Below, piece by piece: positions 36,046 through 46,350 of a stretch of DNA of 64,000 nucleotides. Positions within the stretch are counted from its first letter, which is position 1. Each line of letters begins with the position of its first letter. Origin of the DNA: Escherichia phage REP5; the sequence record OQ174504.1; one strand, written 5' to 3'. The position numbers and the translations under genes are program-made. A model generated the notes under the pieces. It was not told the origin of the DNA, did not search any database, and saw only the letters and a list, made by a program, of their open reading frames with translations.

Positions 36046-36439
36046 AGATACAGCACCAATGTTGGCACGACCTACATAAAACTCTTCACCATATTCGTTA
36101 TGGTATGGTGATAAAAATGCTCTACACTTGTTGTTCAGGTAAGTTCGCTAAGCTTACCCCGCTTTATTCAAGCTGCTTACTGTCGCCAGTAAGTCCAGAC
36201 TATATCTTCTACTTATTTCTAAGTAGCGTACCATTTCGAGTCGCTTGACCCTACACCGCTACATTCATCACGGTTAGTCGTTCGGCATTTAGATGTATTC
36301 AAACTCATATTCGAAGTTATTTGGCATGTAAGACCCCTATGTTGTATAGTTTCTTACATCGTACATCATTTAGCACAGGATTGTCTACATCTGTAGAGTT
36401 TCCCTGTTTAGGCACGTTTTAGATGAGCTATAGAGCTTG
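36046..36439 (-). other. Putative group I intron in nrdD (boundaries approximate)
   Basis: About 394 nt between the two nrdD ORFs; on minus strand P-like CAGGGAAAC, Q-like AATCCTGTGC, R-like GAACGACTAAC and S-like GATATAGTC occur in canonical order. Confidence 0.5.
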
Positions 36440-37639
36440 TTAACCCATCGGCGAAATAACCTTGCCAGAACGCTCAAAAGCTTCTGCTACAGCACCATGA
36501 CCAGATACACTTAAGAAGTCTGGATACATTGCTTTAGAACAACACTCAATAGCTTTACTGTACAGGTGGCCTTGACAGATATTCTCATTGTGTCTCTTCT
36601 GGTCATAAATATAAACCAGTTTAGGGAATACAACAGGCTTCTTGCTCTTACCTTGTCCATTCATACGAACATCTAGGAGAGTACTTGCAATCATGTATTG
36701 CAGTCGGTTGTCTTCATTAGACATGTCTGAGTCAAGTAACCCAAATGTCAAAGTTGTGAATGCAAAATCCCCACGACTACAAGGTACAGTATTTAGTTTC
36801 ATTTCAAGTGACTGGAAACCTTGAGTTAGCTCAATCTGTAGCTGCTCCATGACATAATTGTGGTGATGTTCTTTAGGAATACCATAAGATGCTGCTTTCT
36901 CAGCATGATAGCGTAGAGACTTCTTAGCATACGGTACAAGTACCTTATCAATCTCTGCTAAAGTAAAGCCACCAAATTGCTGTGCAGTTGCTGAAAGTAC
37001 TACGTCACCAATAACCTGTAAGGCTGATAGTACAGATTTAGGTTCACAGTATTCAATGCCAGACATTTCAAAGCCACCTTTCAGTACTTTACCAATGTCA
37101 AACAGGCAACAGTTGATACCACCAAAAATTAGGTCTCTTAAATCATGGATATAGATAAACCCTTTTTCAATGGCTTCCAATTCCTCTGGTGTTAAATGGT
37201 ACTGTTTAAAGATTTCTTTAGTCAGGTAACCACGGATAATTGAACCTTTCGTAGAAATTAAACTGCTGTCAAAGTTAGCATTTTCACGGTCACCTAAGAA
37301 GAGTGTATCTTTAGTCTTCTGGTAGAGTTCATCCCAGTTTTGAGCAACCTCTTTACGGTAATTTCTATATGTTGAGTAAGACTCATAAATCTCGTGATTG
37401 ACTTCTGCCAAAGCACCCTCAACAATACTGTGAATATCATTTACTGAAACGAGTAAATTATTCTGCTTAGTAGATTTTACCAGAATCCTCATAAATGCTG
37501 ACTCAAGAGCTTGAGTAACATCTGGTGGAAGCTCTTTATAACCAACTCTGTTAGCTGACTTTGTGACTGCTGCTAAAACTTTTTTGATATCAGGTTCTTC
37601 AAGTGAGCCATTCTTTTTAATAATCTGTACTTTGTTCAT
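36440..37639 (-). CDS. nrdD: Anaerobic ribonucleoside-triphosphate reductase, N-terminal exon
   Basis: 399 aa ORF with ATP-cone-like N-terminus; continues into 35179-36045 after the intervening sequence. Confidence 0.75.
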   Translation of the reverse strand: MNKVQIIKKNGSLEEPDIKKVLAAVTKSANRVGYKELPPDVTQALESAFMRILVKSTKQNNLLVSVNDIHSIVEGALAEVNHEIYESYSTYRNYRKEVAQNWDELYQKTKDTLFLGDRENANFDSSLISTKGSIIRGYLTKEIFKQYHLTPEELEAIEKGFIYIHDLRDLIFGGINCCLFDIGKVLKGGFEMSGIEYCEPKSVLSALQVIGDVVLSATAQQFGGFTLAEIDKVLVPYAKKSLRYHAEKAASYGIPKEHHHNYVMEQLQIELTQGFQSLEMKLNTVPCSRGDFAFTTLTFGLLDSDMSNEDNRLQYMIASTLLDVRMNGQGKSKKPVVFPKLVYIYDQKRHNENICQGHLYSKAIECCSKAMYPDFLSVSGHGAVAEAFERSGKVISPMG

Positions 37640-37658
37640 TATTGCCCCTTTACATGCT

Positions 37659-37680
37659 AAAAAGGTCTCCGAAGAGACCC
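37659..37680 (-). terminator. Rho-independent terminator
   Basis: Hairpin gggtctcttcggagacc plus T-run on minus strand. Confidence 0.5.
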
Positions 37681-37687
37681 TTTCATT

Positions 37688-37894
37688 TTAAATCTTTTTA
37701 GAAAACTTCGCAAAGAGTTCTCTTAGTTTTTCAGTGATGCCAAGATGTATCTCTAGGATTTCAAATATAACCCATAGTAACATGACTCCAAACAACAAAC
37801 CTTGTTTAAAGTCAGTAAATAGGTTAGCAATAAGCATACCAATTACAATAACTGGTGCATCAATAACCAAACCTTCCCAAAGGCGTTTAAGCAT
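37688..37894 (-). CDS. Small membrane protein
   Basis: 68 aa with two hydrophobic helices. Confidence 0.5.
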   Translation of the reverse strand: MLKRLWEGLVIDAPVIVIGMLIANLFTDFKQGLLFGVMLLWVIFEILEIHLGITEKLRELFAKFSKKI

Positions 37895-38129
37895 TATTCA
37901 CCTCTGCCATAAAATTCTGTAGCGTCCCAACAGGTTTTAGGTTTTGTCCATCAGTTTTCATGATGAATGGCATCTGACGAACTGGCATCTGTGCAATGTC
38001 CATTAGTTCCGATAGCTCATAGTCCTGCCCTAACATTCTCACAACATGGTCAATACCACGAGCTTTTGCAAAATTCTTTGCAGTCTCACACTGAGGGCAT
38101 CCAGTTTTGGAGTAAATTACATAAGTCAT
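37887..38129 (-). CDS. Glutaredoxin/NrdH-like redoxin
   Basis: 80 aa; CPQC active site. Confidence 0.75.
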   Translation of the reverse strand: MTYVIYSKTGCPQCETAKNFAKARGIDHVVRMLGQDYELSELMDIAQMPVRQMPFIMKTDGQNLKPVGTLQNFMAEVNNA

Positions 38130-39202
38130 TAAGGAACCTCTAAAAATCCACTATTCAAATCATCTACAACAGTATTCAATAGGTACGCACCGTTCTGTTG
38201 CTCCTGATTAGCATTCTGCTCTTTATCAATTTCCATCTTCTTAATCATGTACTTCAAAGGTGGTTCTTTAGGAGCTACAAAATCTCTGGGAATGCCAAAC
38301 ATATCATACAGTGGGGCAGCATTATAGTAAACCCACTCATGAAGAAGCTTTGTATTTAAGCCAACTACAGCACGTCCTTCGGAGAAGATATAATACGACC
38401 ATTTCTCTTCACTTTCAACTACTTCATCCAAGATTACTTTAATCTCTGGAAGAATTTGTTGAAAAGCTTTCTGCCACTCATCATCTCTCAAAGTTTCTTT
38501 TAAAACTTCAATATCAATTTTAGTGTGGAGGATTTCATCAAGCATAATCTTCTGCACAGCTTGAGCAATACCCTGAAATTTATCTTGAGCATCAAGTGCA
38601 AAAGTACATGCAAAGGATGCCATAAAAGATATACCTTCCAGTGCAGTCACTGCAAATAGACCTTTCAGAATCACTTTATGGAAGTGTAAAGGGTCTTTGT
38701 CCAGAAGTGAATCACGGACATAACTCAGACGGTAGTTTATACCTTCATCCAGTAATTCTTCAAGAACACGATTCACAGTTTTTAATCGGTCTTGCACAGC
38801 AACATTCTGGTTAATCTCATCTAAGATTGTTTCAGGGTTTTTAATACATTGCCTTACAATCTCTGAGTAAGTAAGAGCATGTAGGTTTTCAATCTCAGAC
38901 TGCTTCATGATTGCAGTTGCATAAATGTCATCAGAGATAAAGGGTGCAAAGGCAAATGCCAAGCTCTTAGCAACTTGAGTATCTGCTTCCCACTGCCACT
39001 TAAGAATCTCAAGCATTACACCTGACATTGATGCTGGGACACTCTCAAAATCAAGACGTGATTGTTCAAAAGGGAACTCATCTTCTGACCAGTCTTGTGC
39101 TTTTTGTTGTTTATAAAGTTCAAAGATTTTTGGGTAGTGTTTATTAAGTGAGTCAAAAGTTTTTCTCTCACCACCTAAAAAGATTGGGTGCTGGTTAATC
39201 AT
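38129..39202 (-). CDS. nrdB: Ribonucleotide reductase small subunit (class Ia)
   Basis: 357 aa ferritin-like ORF adjacent to nrdA. Confidence 0.8.
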   Translation of the reverse strand: MINQHPIFLGGERKTFDSLNKHYPKIFELYKQQKAQDWSEDEFPFEQSRLDFESVPASMSGVMLEILKWQWEADTQVAKSLAFAFAPFISDDIYATAIMKQSEIENLHALTYSEIVRQCIKNPETILDEINQNVAVQDRLKTVNRVLEELLDEGINYRLSYVRDSLLDKDPLHFHKVILKGLFAVTALEGISFMASFACTFALDAQDKFQGIAQAVQKIMLDEILHTKIDIEVLKETLRDDEWQKAFQQILPEIKVILDEVVESEEKWSYYIFSEGRAVVGLNTKLLHEWVYYNAAPLYDMFGIPRDFVAPKEPPLKYMIKKMEIDKEQNANQEQQNGAYLLNTVVDDLNSGFLEVP

Positions 39203-39456
39203 AGCGTGATTTCTCCTTTCTTTATCATTTCTAAGGCTTGTTTTCTGTCTAAAACTTCCCAGTTTTCTTTGTTAAACATCTCATAAGGTCTTGCGTAGAT
39301 TTTACCATCTGCTGTAGAGATGTAAGAGGCTCCAGTGACCCATAAATCATCATTCTGCTTTATCATGATACCTGTGCTGCTCACATAGTACAATGTTTTG
39401 CGGGGTTTGTAGAGCAAGTATATTGGTCGCTCATGTTTTTCTATTAAATCTTTCAT
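39199..39456 (-). CDS. Hypothetical protein
   Basis: Start chosen at MKDLIEK after the nrdA stop, with GGAGAGA RBS. Confidence 0.4.
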   Translation of the reverse strand: MKDLIEKHERPIYLLYKPRKTLYYVSSTGIMIKQNDDLWVTGASYISTADGKIYARPYEMFNKENWEVLDRKQALEMIKKGEITL

Positions 39457-39511
39457 GGTCTCTCCAAAGTTATTTTTAGAGGGTCTTTTACGACCCTCAT
39501 AGTTGTTAAAA

Positions 39512-41746
39512 CTAAACACCACAACCCTCGCAATAAGCATCTTGCAGTGCAGATTTACCTACACCAATGCGACTGTTAAGGTAGTACATGGTTTTCATAC
39601 CTACCGAGTTGGCATAAATCATGTACTTCAAAGCTTGAGCCAATGATACCTTCTTAGACTTTGCGTAGTCAACATAGAAATCTGAAGAGATAGCTTGACC
39701 AGTGAACTTTTGAACAATTGCATAACAATCAATCAGGTCAAAGGTGTCAATACCCCAAGCAATTTCATATACATACTTTAACTCTTCATAATCTGGAACA
39801 ATAAACAGTACGTTACCAGTTGCAGACTTTTTAGTTAGAATAAAGTCACGGATTGGATACAAGCCATTTGTCGTATTAGTTGCCAGTGAAGAACTCTCAT
39901 TAGGCATATAAGCTTCTAATACAGAGTTTCGGATTCCACCATTTTCTTTGATACGTTGTGCTAAGTCATCCCAATCATATCGTAGTTTTGCATCATGCTT
40001 TTCATCAATCTTCTTATTGGCTGTCTTTGGAGGAACCCAGCCTTCAGGATACTTAGTGAACTTCATATACTCAGGTACACCACGTTCTTTAGCAAGTCTC
40101 AAAGAAGCTTCGTGTAAGTAGTAAGAGTGCATTTCAGCAAGCTCATGAAGCTTCGTCTTACCTGCTCTTGAAGAATAGTTCACGTAGTTCTTCGCAAGGT
40201 AATGAGCCACATTTGTAAGGCCAATCCCAACAGAACGACGCTTCTGAACATGGTTACGCATCGACGGATACGGATAATCCATAAGGTCAATAACGGAGTC
40301 AACCATTGCAAGAGCATAATAAGCCACGTCAGCGTATTCATCTTCTGAAATTCTCCCTGCAACCAAACTAGCTAGGAAGCAAAGAGCCACCTCACCATCC
40401 TCTTTCACAGCATCGTCTCTGTAAAGGTCTGTCTCTTTCTCAAAACCATACACTGGCAATACAATTTCCATACAAAGATTTGACATCTTCAATGGTTCTT
40501 TAAATGGTGTATGTGTGTTTGCATTGTTAGTGAAGAATGGATACACACGACCTGTAGCATAACGCTGTTGAATAAACAGCTTAGCAATTTCACGAGCCTT
40601 TACCCGTCTGTGCTTAACACCTGAATGTACTGCGTGACCAACTGCCATAGCAAACTCATCAGCAGATGCTGTGTAGAACATGTCATAGAGTTTTGGTGCA
40701 TCTTTGTAAGAGAATAGCAACCAATCTGTATCATACTGGACACACTGCCAGAAATAATCGTTTGTGCCGAATGAGTAGTCCATCTCATTAATACGTTTAG
40801 AAGGAACCGTTGTAGGGTGCTTCAAACGCAGTAAGTCCTCAATCTGTGGGTCTAGAGCAGTGTAGAAGTTATTAGCTGAACCACCACGACTCTTCTGTTT
40901 ATTTGCCTCTACAGATGAACGTACAAGCTTGTAATAAGGTAGCTTACCCATGTGCTCAATAGTATTTTGACGGATACCATCACCAATAGTACGTGTCTCC
41001 ATCAGCATACCGATACCAGCTTGCTTTGTAGTCATATCATAAGCAACCTTTGCAGCAATACCGAGAGATTCAGCGGTATCATTCGCCTTAATCAAACAGC
41101 ATGACGCATAACCTGATTTAGTAGCTCTTAAACCGTTTAAATAAGGCGTAGGAGCGTTAATCTTCAGGTCAGATAGGTAAGTGTACAGCTTGATAACATC
41201 TTGCAGTCTACGGTGCTTTGGTTGCTTCTCAAAGGCTTTCATAGCCATACCCATAAACATAAATTGTGGTGACTCAAAAAGTCTTCCAGTTTTAATATCA
41301 CGGATACCATACTTGTCTCTGAACTGTTTCAATACTGCATAGCCGTAAGAGATATCTTTTGAGTGTACGATGTAACCTTGCAGATATTCAAGCTCTTCCT
41401 GTGAATAATCCATCTTCTCCCAAAGTCCTGCTCTCTCCATATTTTTAACGAAGGTAATCAGCGTAGGAACCTTAGTAAAGCCTCCAAAGGCTTCTTTGTA
41501 GATAATACCCAAAAGCAGTCGTCCAGCCATGTCTGAGTACTCTTGAGTTTGTTTATCAACACAAACATCAATCATGGCTTGGTGCATCTCTTTTGTAGTG
41601 CAACCCTCGTAGACACGCTTCATGGCTTCCATAGTGACTTCTGACCAGATAATTCCACGCTTGTCTGCCCATGATGCCCACTTATTCAGTCTTTCTGGGT
41701 CAAAGCTTACTACTGTACCGTTTGATTTTTTAATTGTCTTAATCAT
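39512..41746 (-). CDS. nrdA: Ribonucleotide reductase large subunit (class Ia)
   Basis: 744 aa; ATP-cone N-terminus, C-terminal CEGCG redox cysteines. Confidence 0.85.
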   Translation of the reverse strand: MIKTIKKSNGTVVSFDPERLNKWASWADKRGIIWSEVTMEAMKRVYEGCTTKEMHQAMIDVCVDKQTQEYSDMAGRLLLGIIYKEAFGGFTKVPTLITFVKNMERAGLWEKMDYSQEELEYLQGYIVHSKDISYGYAVLKQFRDKYGIRDIKTGRLFESPQFMFMGMAMKAFEKQPKHRRLQDVIKLYTYLSDLKINAPTPYLNGLRATKSGYASCCLIKANDTAESLGIAAKVAYDMTTKQAGIGMLMETRTIGDGIRQNTIEHMGKLPYYKLVRSSVEANKQKSRGGSANNFYTALDPQIEDLLRLKHPTTVPSKRINEMDYSFGTNDYFWQCVQYDTDWLLFSYKDAPKLYDMFYTASADEFAMAVGHAVHSGVKHRRVKAREIAKLFIQQRYATGRVYPFFTNNANTHTPFKEPLKMSNLCMEIVLPVYGFEKETDLYRDDAVKEDGEVALCFLASLVAGRISEDEYADVAYYALAMVDSVIDLMDYPYPSMRNHVQKRRSVGIGLTNVAHYLAKNYVNYSSRAGKTKLHELAEMHSYYLHEASLRLAKERGVPEYMKFTKYPEGWVPPKTANKKIDEKHDAKLRYDWDDLAQRIKENGGIRNSVLEAYMPNESSSLATNTTNGLYPIRDFILTKKSATGNVLFIVPDYEELKYVYEIAWGIDTFDLIDCYAIVQKFTGQAISSDFYVDYAKSKKVSLAQALKYMIYANSVGMKTMYYLNSRIGVGKSALQDAYCEGCGV

Positions 41747-41764
41747 TTTTAAATCCTACAGGTG

Positions 41765-41786
41765 AAAAGAGCCTCCGAAGAGGCTC
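41765..41786 (-). terminator. Rho-independent terminator
   Basis: Hairpin gagcctcttcggaggctc plus T-run on minus strand. Confidence 0.5.
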
Positions 41787-41792
41787 CCTAGT

Positions 41793-42131
41793 TTAAATCT
41801 TGAAAATTTGCTCATTCTGCCACATATCGTAAAACTTATCACTTACTTTTGTAACTGAAGAAGTGTGCATACAATTCAGGAAGAACCATGATGATGTATT
41901 ATTCTCCATAAGTGTTTCAAGTTTTTGTGTAACGTTCACATCCATGTCTGCAACAACGTAATTACCTCGCATCTTGCAAACAATTCTTCCAAACAAGATT
42001 GCACTTCTCCCTCTTCGGTCATCACAGTACATAACTGTGTCCCCGTGCTTAACATCTTGTCCGATACTATCAACACCTAATTTAGCACCTGAGATAATGT
42101 CATCATAAGATAGCTTTTTTGCTTTAGACAC
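41793..42131 (-). CDS. Hypothetical protein
   Basis: 112 aa ORF. Confidence 0.55.
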   Translation of the reverse strand: MSKAKKLSYDDIISGAKLGVDSIGQDVKHGDTVMYCDDRRGRSAILFGRIVCKMRGNYVVADMDVNVTQKLETLMENNTSSWFFLNCMHTSSVTKVSDKFYDMWQNEQIFKI

Positions 42132-42456
42132 GGTATTTCTCCAAGTTTCTTTTTAGATATAACCAACCGTAGTCAGTCCTTTCTACACCCATAAAGAGTG
42201 GAGCCATCACGACTTTACCAAAAGTATTCCTGTGTTGGCAGATTTCAAAGGAATACTCTTTCTCAATATCAATCCCATATTTGTACAGGACTGCTTTTAA
42301 AACTTGTTCATTATCCAGAAGTGTATCTGGAGTCTCACCATACTTCTCAAGTAACGGGTCATACATAAACACCGTCATAGAAATATTATAGTTTGAGAAG
42401 TGGCTCTTCTGAGCCACACCTTCTTTATTAATGTTCTGTGAATCCATTATAACCAA
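42124..42456 (-). CDS. Hypothetical protein
   Basis: 110 aa ORF. Confidence 0.55.
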   Translation of the reverse strand: MVIMDSQNINKEGVAQKSHFSNYNISMTVFMYDPLLEKYGETPDTLLDNEQVLKAVLYKYGIDIEKEYSFEICQHRNTFGKVVMAPLFMGVERTDYGWLYLKRNLEKYRV

Positions 42457-43183
42457 CCCCTTTTAACCAGCACTTCAGGTTATTAGCATCATAATTCAGT
42501 TTCGGGTATGAGGTTACATGGAACTGCTCACCATCATAGTAGACAATATCTGCAATCCATAGTCCATTCTCTTTACAGAAGTCTTTATCTGCTTTAGAGG
42601 TAATTGGATTAACTTCTACAAAACCATCTACACCCAAATCCTTTAAGCTACCTACAATACCTTTGCAGATAACGCATGTCTCAGATACTACCACAAAAAG
42701 TTCTTGGCTTTCAAGTTCTACAATGTATTCACCAAGCTGTACTTTAGGGAGATTTGATTGCTTCATAATCTTCCCATCGGCTGCACGAACAATCGCATAC
42801 CACTCTTTACCATCAACTACTGACATTCTGATAATACACTCTTGACCAGTACGCTTTTCAATGTCTGCAAGACGTTTTAAAGCTTCTTCATAGTCATCTG
42901 TGTACTTCAGGTCATTATTATGGCAAACAGCTTTCATAGCACCGTTATGGTCATGTTGTGACAGATAAATCAAACCGTCAAGAACATATTGCAAATCCGC
43001 CTGAGCATCCAGTGTCTCAATGGGGTCTTTCTCTTCAATTGCTTTTACAAGCTCTTTTGCTTCTTCAAGCATACACAGGGATTGAGATTTTAAAGATTCC
43101 CAATACTCATTACTGTAAGGTTGCTTTTGAGTGTTTCCACAACGAAGGTTCCAGTTTTTTACTGATTCTCTTGAGTTAAACAT
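42428..43183 (-). CDS. MazG-like nucleotide pyrophosphohydrolase domain protein
   Basis: 251 aa; N-terminal EEAKELVKAIEE..ETLDAQADLQYVLD resembles the MazG EExxE/D motif. Confidence 0.5.
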   Translation of the reverse strand: MFNSRESVKNWNLRCGNTQKQPYSNEYWESLKSQSLCMLEEAKELVKAIEEKDPIETLDAQADLQYVLDGLIYLSQHDHNGAMKAVCHNNDLKYTDDYEEALKRLADIEKRTGQECIIRMSVVDGKEWYAIVRAADGKIMKQSNLPKVQLGEYIVELESQELFVVVSETCVICKGIVGSLKDLGVDGFVEVNPITSKADKDFCKENGLWIADIVYYDGEQFHVTSYPKLNYDANNLKCWLKGVGYNGFTEH

Positions 43184-43422
43184 TCGGACTCCTTAAAATA
43201 TCTGTTAACTTTTAGCTCTCGTGTTTCAATATATTCTAGATGCTCACGTAGCTCTTGACGTTTAAGCATGAGGTGCTGCATTTGAGATTCAACAGCTTCA
43301 ACTTCTTTAATTATTGACTCTTTAGCATTTGCAAGGATGCGCTCAAGTTCCTCAATCTTGCTGTCAACTTTTGCTACATGACTCACAGCTTTACTTTTGT
43401 TAAACATTTTATTCTCTCTCAA
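43159..43422 (-). CDS. Hypothetical coiled-coil protein
   Basis: 87 aa ORF. Confidence 0.5.
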   Translation of the reverse strand: MRENKMFNKSKAVSHVAKVDSKIEELERILANAKESIIKEVEAVESQMQHLMLKRQELREHLEYIETRELKVNRYFKESECLTQENQ

Positions 43423-43428
43423 TAGTTA

Positions 43429-43926
43429 TCAAGCACAATTTGCTTTCATTACCTTATGGATTCTTTTTTCAGCATCTTCATAAGTTTCTTTAGTAATAAA
43501 CTTAATTGCTGCAATATTGGCATTGTAGAAGAGTCTGAGCTTCGAGTCAATCCTTTTTGTCATTACATCGAATTTATGTTGAAGGTTTGCTTCACCATAA
43601 ACTAGGCCACCTTTTGTGTAGTAGGTCTGAATAATGTAAAAGTCAAAAAATTCTTTTCCAAAGCTCTCAATATCTTTTTTAATATACTCAGAAGAAGTCT
43701 CATAAGTCATCCAATCACTCTCCTTAGTGACTACCTTCTTCCGAGTCTTGCCAGCAACTTTTCTTTTGGTCACACTATTAAGCTGTTTCTTTCCAATATA
43801 GTATTGTCCGGTTTTCTTACAGTGTACTAAATAGACAAAACCAAAATGTTTAGTGGGGTCAACTTCCCCACATAAAGATACCCAATGACCATAGGTAGGA
43901 CAATTACCAAAGCCTTTAATCTTCAT
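43429..43926 (-). CDS. GIY-YIG-like nuclease (possible free-standing homing endonuclease)
   Basis: 165 aa; FGFVYLVHCKKTGQYYIGKK resembles the GIY-YIG motif. Confidence 0.45.
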   Translation of the reverse strand: MKIKGFGNCPTYGHWVSLCGEVDPTKHFGFVYLVHCKKTGQYYIGKKQLNSVTKRKVAGKTRKKVVTKESDWMTYETSSEYIKKDIESFGKEFFDFYIIQTYYTKGGLVYGEANLQHKFDVMTKRIDSKLRLFYNANIAAIKFITKETYEDAEKRIHKVMKANCA

Positions 43927-44956
43927 TCATACACGGCTCCCAATTATATTTCTTAAAAGAGAAATTATCTTTCTTGTTTCTTTCCTGATAAGCTAAGAAA
44001 AAGTGTTGCTGCATTAACTCTAAAGGTGTTCTGGTAATTGTTTGACCATCCCATGATACATAAGTGTATGACTCTTTCTTAGCATAAAGTTCATAGATAG
44101 CATCAAGACACTCTTTATAAGTATTTTTACCTTCAAGGGCTTTCATTACAGCAACCTTACCAACGCCCTTTAAACCAAAATAATTATCAGCATTATCACC
44201 AGCCACAGCTTGGTAACAAAGAAATTTAAAACCTACCCCAACTGTCTTCTTAGCTTTTGGTGTCGATTTTATTGGACAATCCCAAATTTCACCAACGTTG
44301 TTATCAGCAATAAAAATCAAAGGCGACTTTTCATAGGTCATATCAATGCAGTAAGTACCTTCAGCTTGTCGAAGGTCTTTATCAATACTCATTAAGGCAG
44401 CCTTTTTACCCATCTTTTCAGCTTTAGCAATTACGATAGAGTCAGCTTCAAATCCATCAAGAATCAGCTTGAACTCTGGTCTTGACAGAAGATACTCACG
44501 ACAAGCAACTAAGTGTGTTGGTGTGACAGCATCTTTGCGGTTACCTTGATATTGGTGCTCAAGACCTTTAATGTCTTTATGTTTATGCACACCTTTCTCT
44601 GTTAAATAACCTACCCAAGTTCTTTCTTTACCAACAACCTTAAGCCATTCCTGAAGCACCTGTTGAGTAGCCATGATAGCTTCTTTTTCACTCTTAGCTT
44701 CTTTCCAAGTCTGTCTTTCCCATTCATCTTCATCAAATGTCAGGCCAAGTTCTTCCACAAGGATTCTCTGGTCTGCTAACCATCTTGCAGCATCTTTTGC
44801 ATTATCAAATGGTTCAGATTCTTCTGCTGTGAGTTTATTGACGTATTTATATTTTGCTTTCTCAACTACACAAGCACCTTTATAGGCAATACTGTCAGAG
44901 TCAATAAAGACATGTGTAACTGAATCGGGAAGTTTTGTTAATGTGTACTTCTCCAT
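43916..44956 (-). CDS. Flap endonuclease / 5'-3' exonuclease
   Basis: 346 aa; PIN-like acidic residues (FIDSDS, SIDKD) and H3TH motif AGDNADNYFGLKGVGKV. Confidence 0.8.
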   Translation of the reverse strand: MEKYTLTKLPDSVTHVFIDSDSIAYKGACVVEKAKYKYVNKLTAEESEPFDNAKDAARWLADQRILVEELGLTFDEDEWERQTWKEAKSEKEAIMATQQVLQEWLKVVGKERTWVGYLTEKGVHKHKDIKGLEHQYQGNRKDAVTPTHLVACREYLLSRPEFKLILDGFEADSIVIAKAEKMGKKAALMSIDKDLRQAEGTYCIDMTYEKSPLIFIADNNVGEIWDCPIKSTPKAKKTVGVGFKFLCYQAVAGDNADNYFGLKGVGKVAVMKALEGKNTYKECLDAIYELYAKKESYTYVSWDGQTITRTPLELMQQHFFLAYQERNKKDNFSFKKYNWEPCMNED

Positions 44957-45018
44957 TATGGCTCTCCATATGAAAAAGCCCCATACTAAGTACAGGGCTT
45001 TAAAGTAACTTTTAGAGA

Positions 45019-45876
45019 TTAGTCTTCTGTATCGAAGTCTTCATCTTCTTCGTCATCTGGGTCTGGCAAGTCTTCATCATCACCATCATCAGAATCGTTC
45101 GAAGGTTTGTGGTCTTTTGCGTCTTCTTCAGTGATTTCACCGTTATCTTCAACACCATCAAGACCAAGCATAGCCAGTTCATCTTCATCCAGTTCAGGTT
45201 CACCATTAGCACCGTTACCACCAGTGTAAGGTACAAGAGTATCAATGATAAACTGTTCCTGAATAGGTTTTGTCAGAACATTGTTCTCAAAAGTGTAGAA
45301 GTGAGTAGAAAGAATCACACTACCAAAAGAACCGTTACCAACTGCAATATCTGGATGAATTACATCATAGTTCTTGTCATCTTCATGTTTATCAGATGCT
45401 TGAGCTTTGATTTTCTTCATCGGCTGTTTAACAGCTACACGCTTACCATTTACTTCTTCAATCAGCATCACAGGGAATGACTGTTTAGCTGTCCATACAG
45501 CACCATCTTTATAAGCTGCTGCACGACTTACTTTCAAGATGTAGTAAGTGTCTGCTTCAAAAGGTGGTTTACAACCAAACTTCTCTTCGAAGTCGTCTGC
45601 ATCAACTGCTTCAGTAGTAACTTTATCCCATCCTTCTGGATTTTTCTTAGACTTAGTAAACTCTTTAAACAGTTTGTTACCGTCTTCTGCCAGAATTGAT
45701 ACGCTGTAGTTACAATCTTTTCCTGGGAATTTCTTATCAATAGACTTACCTTTTCCCGGACGTGGTGAAGTATTCAGGTAATAAAACCAGACATCTTTCA
45801 GCAGGTAACGCAGAGTTTGACGTTCAGTACCATTGTACTTCTCTACCGGAGCTTTCATTTTAACAACTTTAGACAT
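45019..45876 (-). CDS. Putative ssDNA-binding protein with acidic C-terminal tail
   Basis: 285 aa; last ~60 residues dominated by D/E ending DEDFDTED. Confidence 0.5.
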   Translation of the reverse strand: MSKVVKMKAPVEKYNGTERQTLRYLLKDVWFYYLNTSPRPGKGKSIDKKFPGKDCNYSVSILAEDGNKLFKEFTKSKKNPEGWDKVTTEAVDADDFEEKFGCKPPFEADTYYILKVSRAAAYKDGAVWTAKQSFPVMLIEEVNGKRVAVKQPMKKIKAQASDKHEDDKNYDVIHPDIAVGNGSFGSVILSTHFYTFENNVLTKPIQEQFIIDTLVPYTGGNGANGEPELDEDELAMLGLDGVEDNGEITEEDAKDHKPSNDSDDGDDEDLPDPDDEEDEDFDTED

Positions 45877-45946
45877 TATTTAAACCTCTATCTCAATTTA
45901 TGAAGAGTACCAATTCTAATTTGTTGATACTCTATTGTCAAACATT

Positions 45947-46097
45947 AATTACTGGAAGTTGTGCTTATCTTTAGAAGCTGCTTTACGTGCAGTTTTTCCA
46001 GTTCTTACACGTTTTTCTTCATAGTATTTTGCTGGTTTTCCAGCAGTGGCTTTTAAAGAGTCCCCAAAAACTTTTTCAAATGCTTTAGAGTGTTTCA
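45947..46097 (-). CDS. Small basic protein
   Basis: 49 aa ORF not in supplied track; GGAGA RBS 8 nt upstream. Confidence 0.35.
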
Positions 46098-46350
46098 TGA
46101 TATTCTCCGATATACTTGATATTCAAACACATTTTCTTTCATTATAAACAGCCAACCAATATTATGCTGAGGCAGTGTAATGATGACTGTAATCATACTT
46201 TGATGGAACTGTTGTTCTATTTCAACTTCTCCATCGCATTTCATGTGGAGCATTCTATAGAACCTATCAATCTTTGTCAAACACTCTTCATGAAATTTAT
46301 TTAAGCTTTTTTCTTCAAAGAAGGGTGTGAACCCCTCTCTTTTATAGCTA

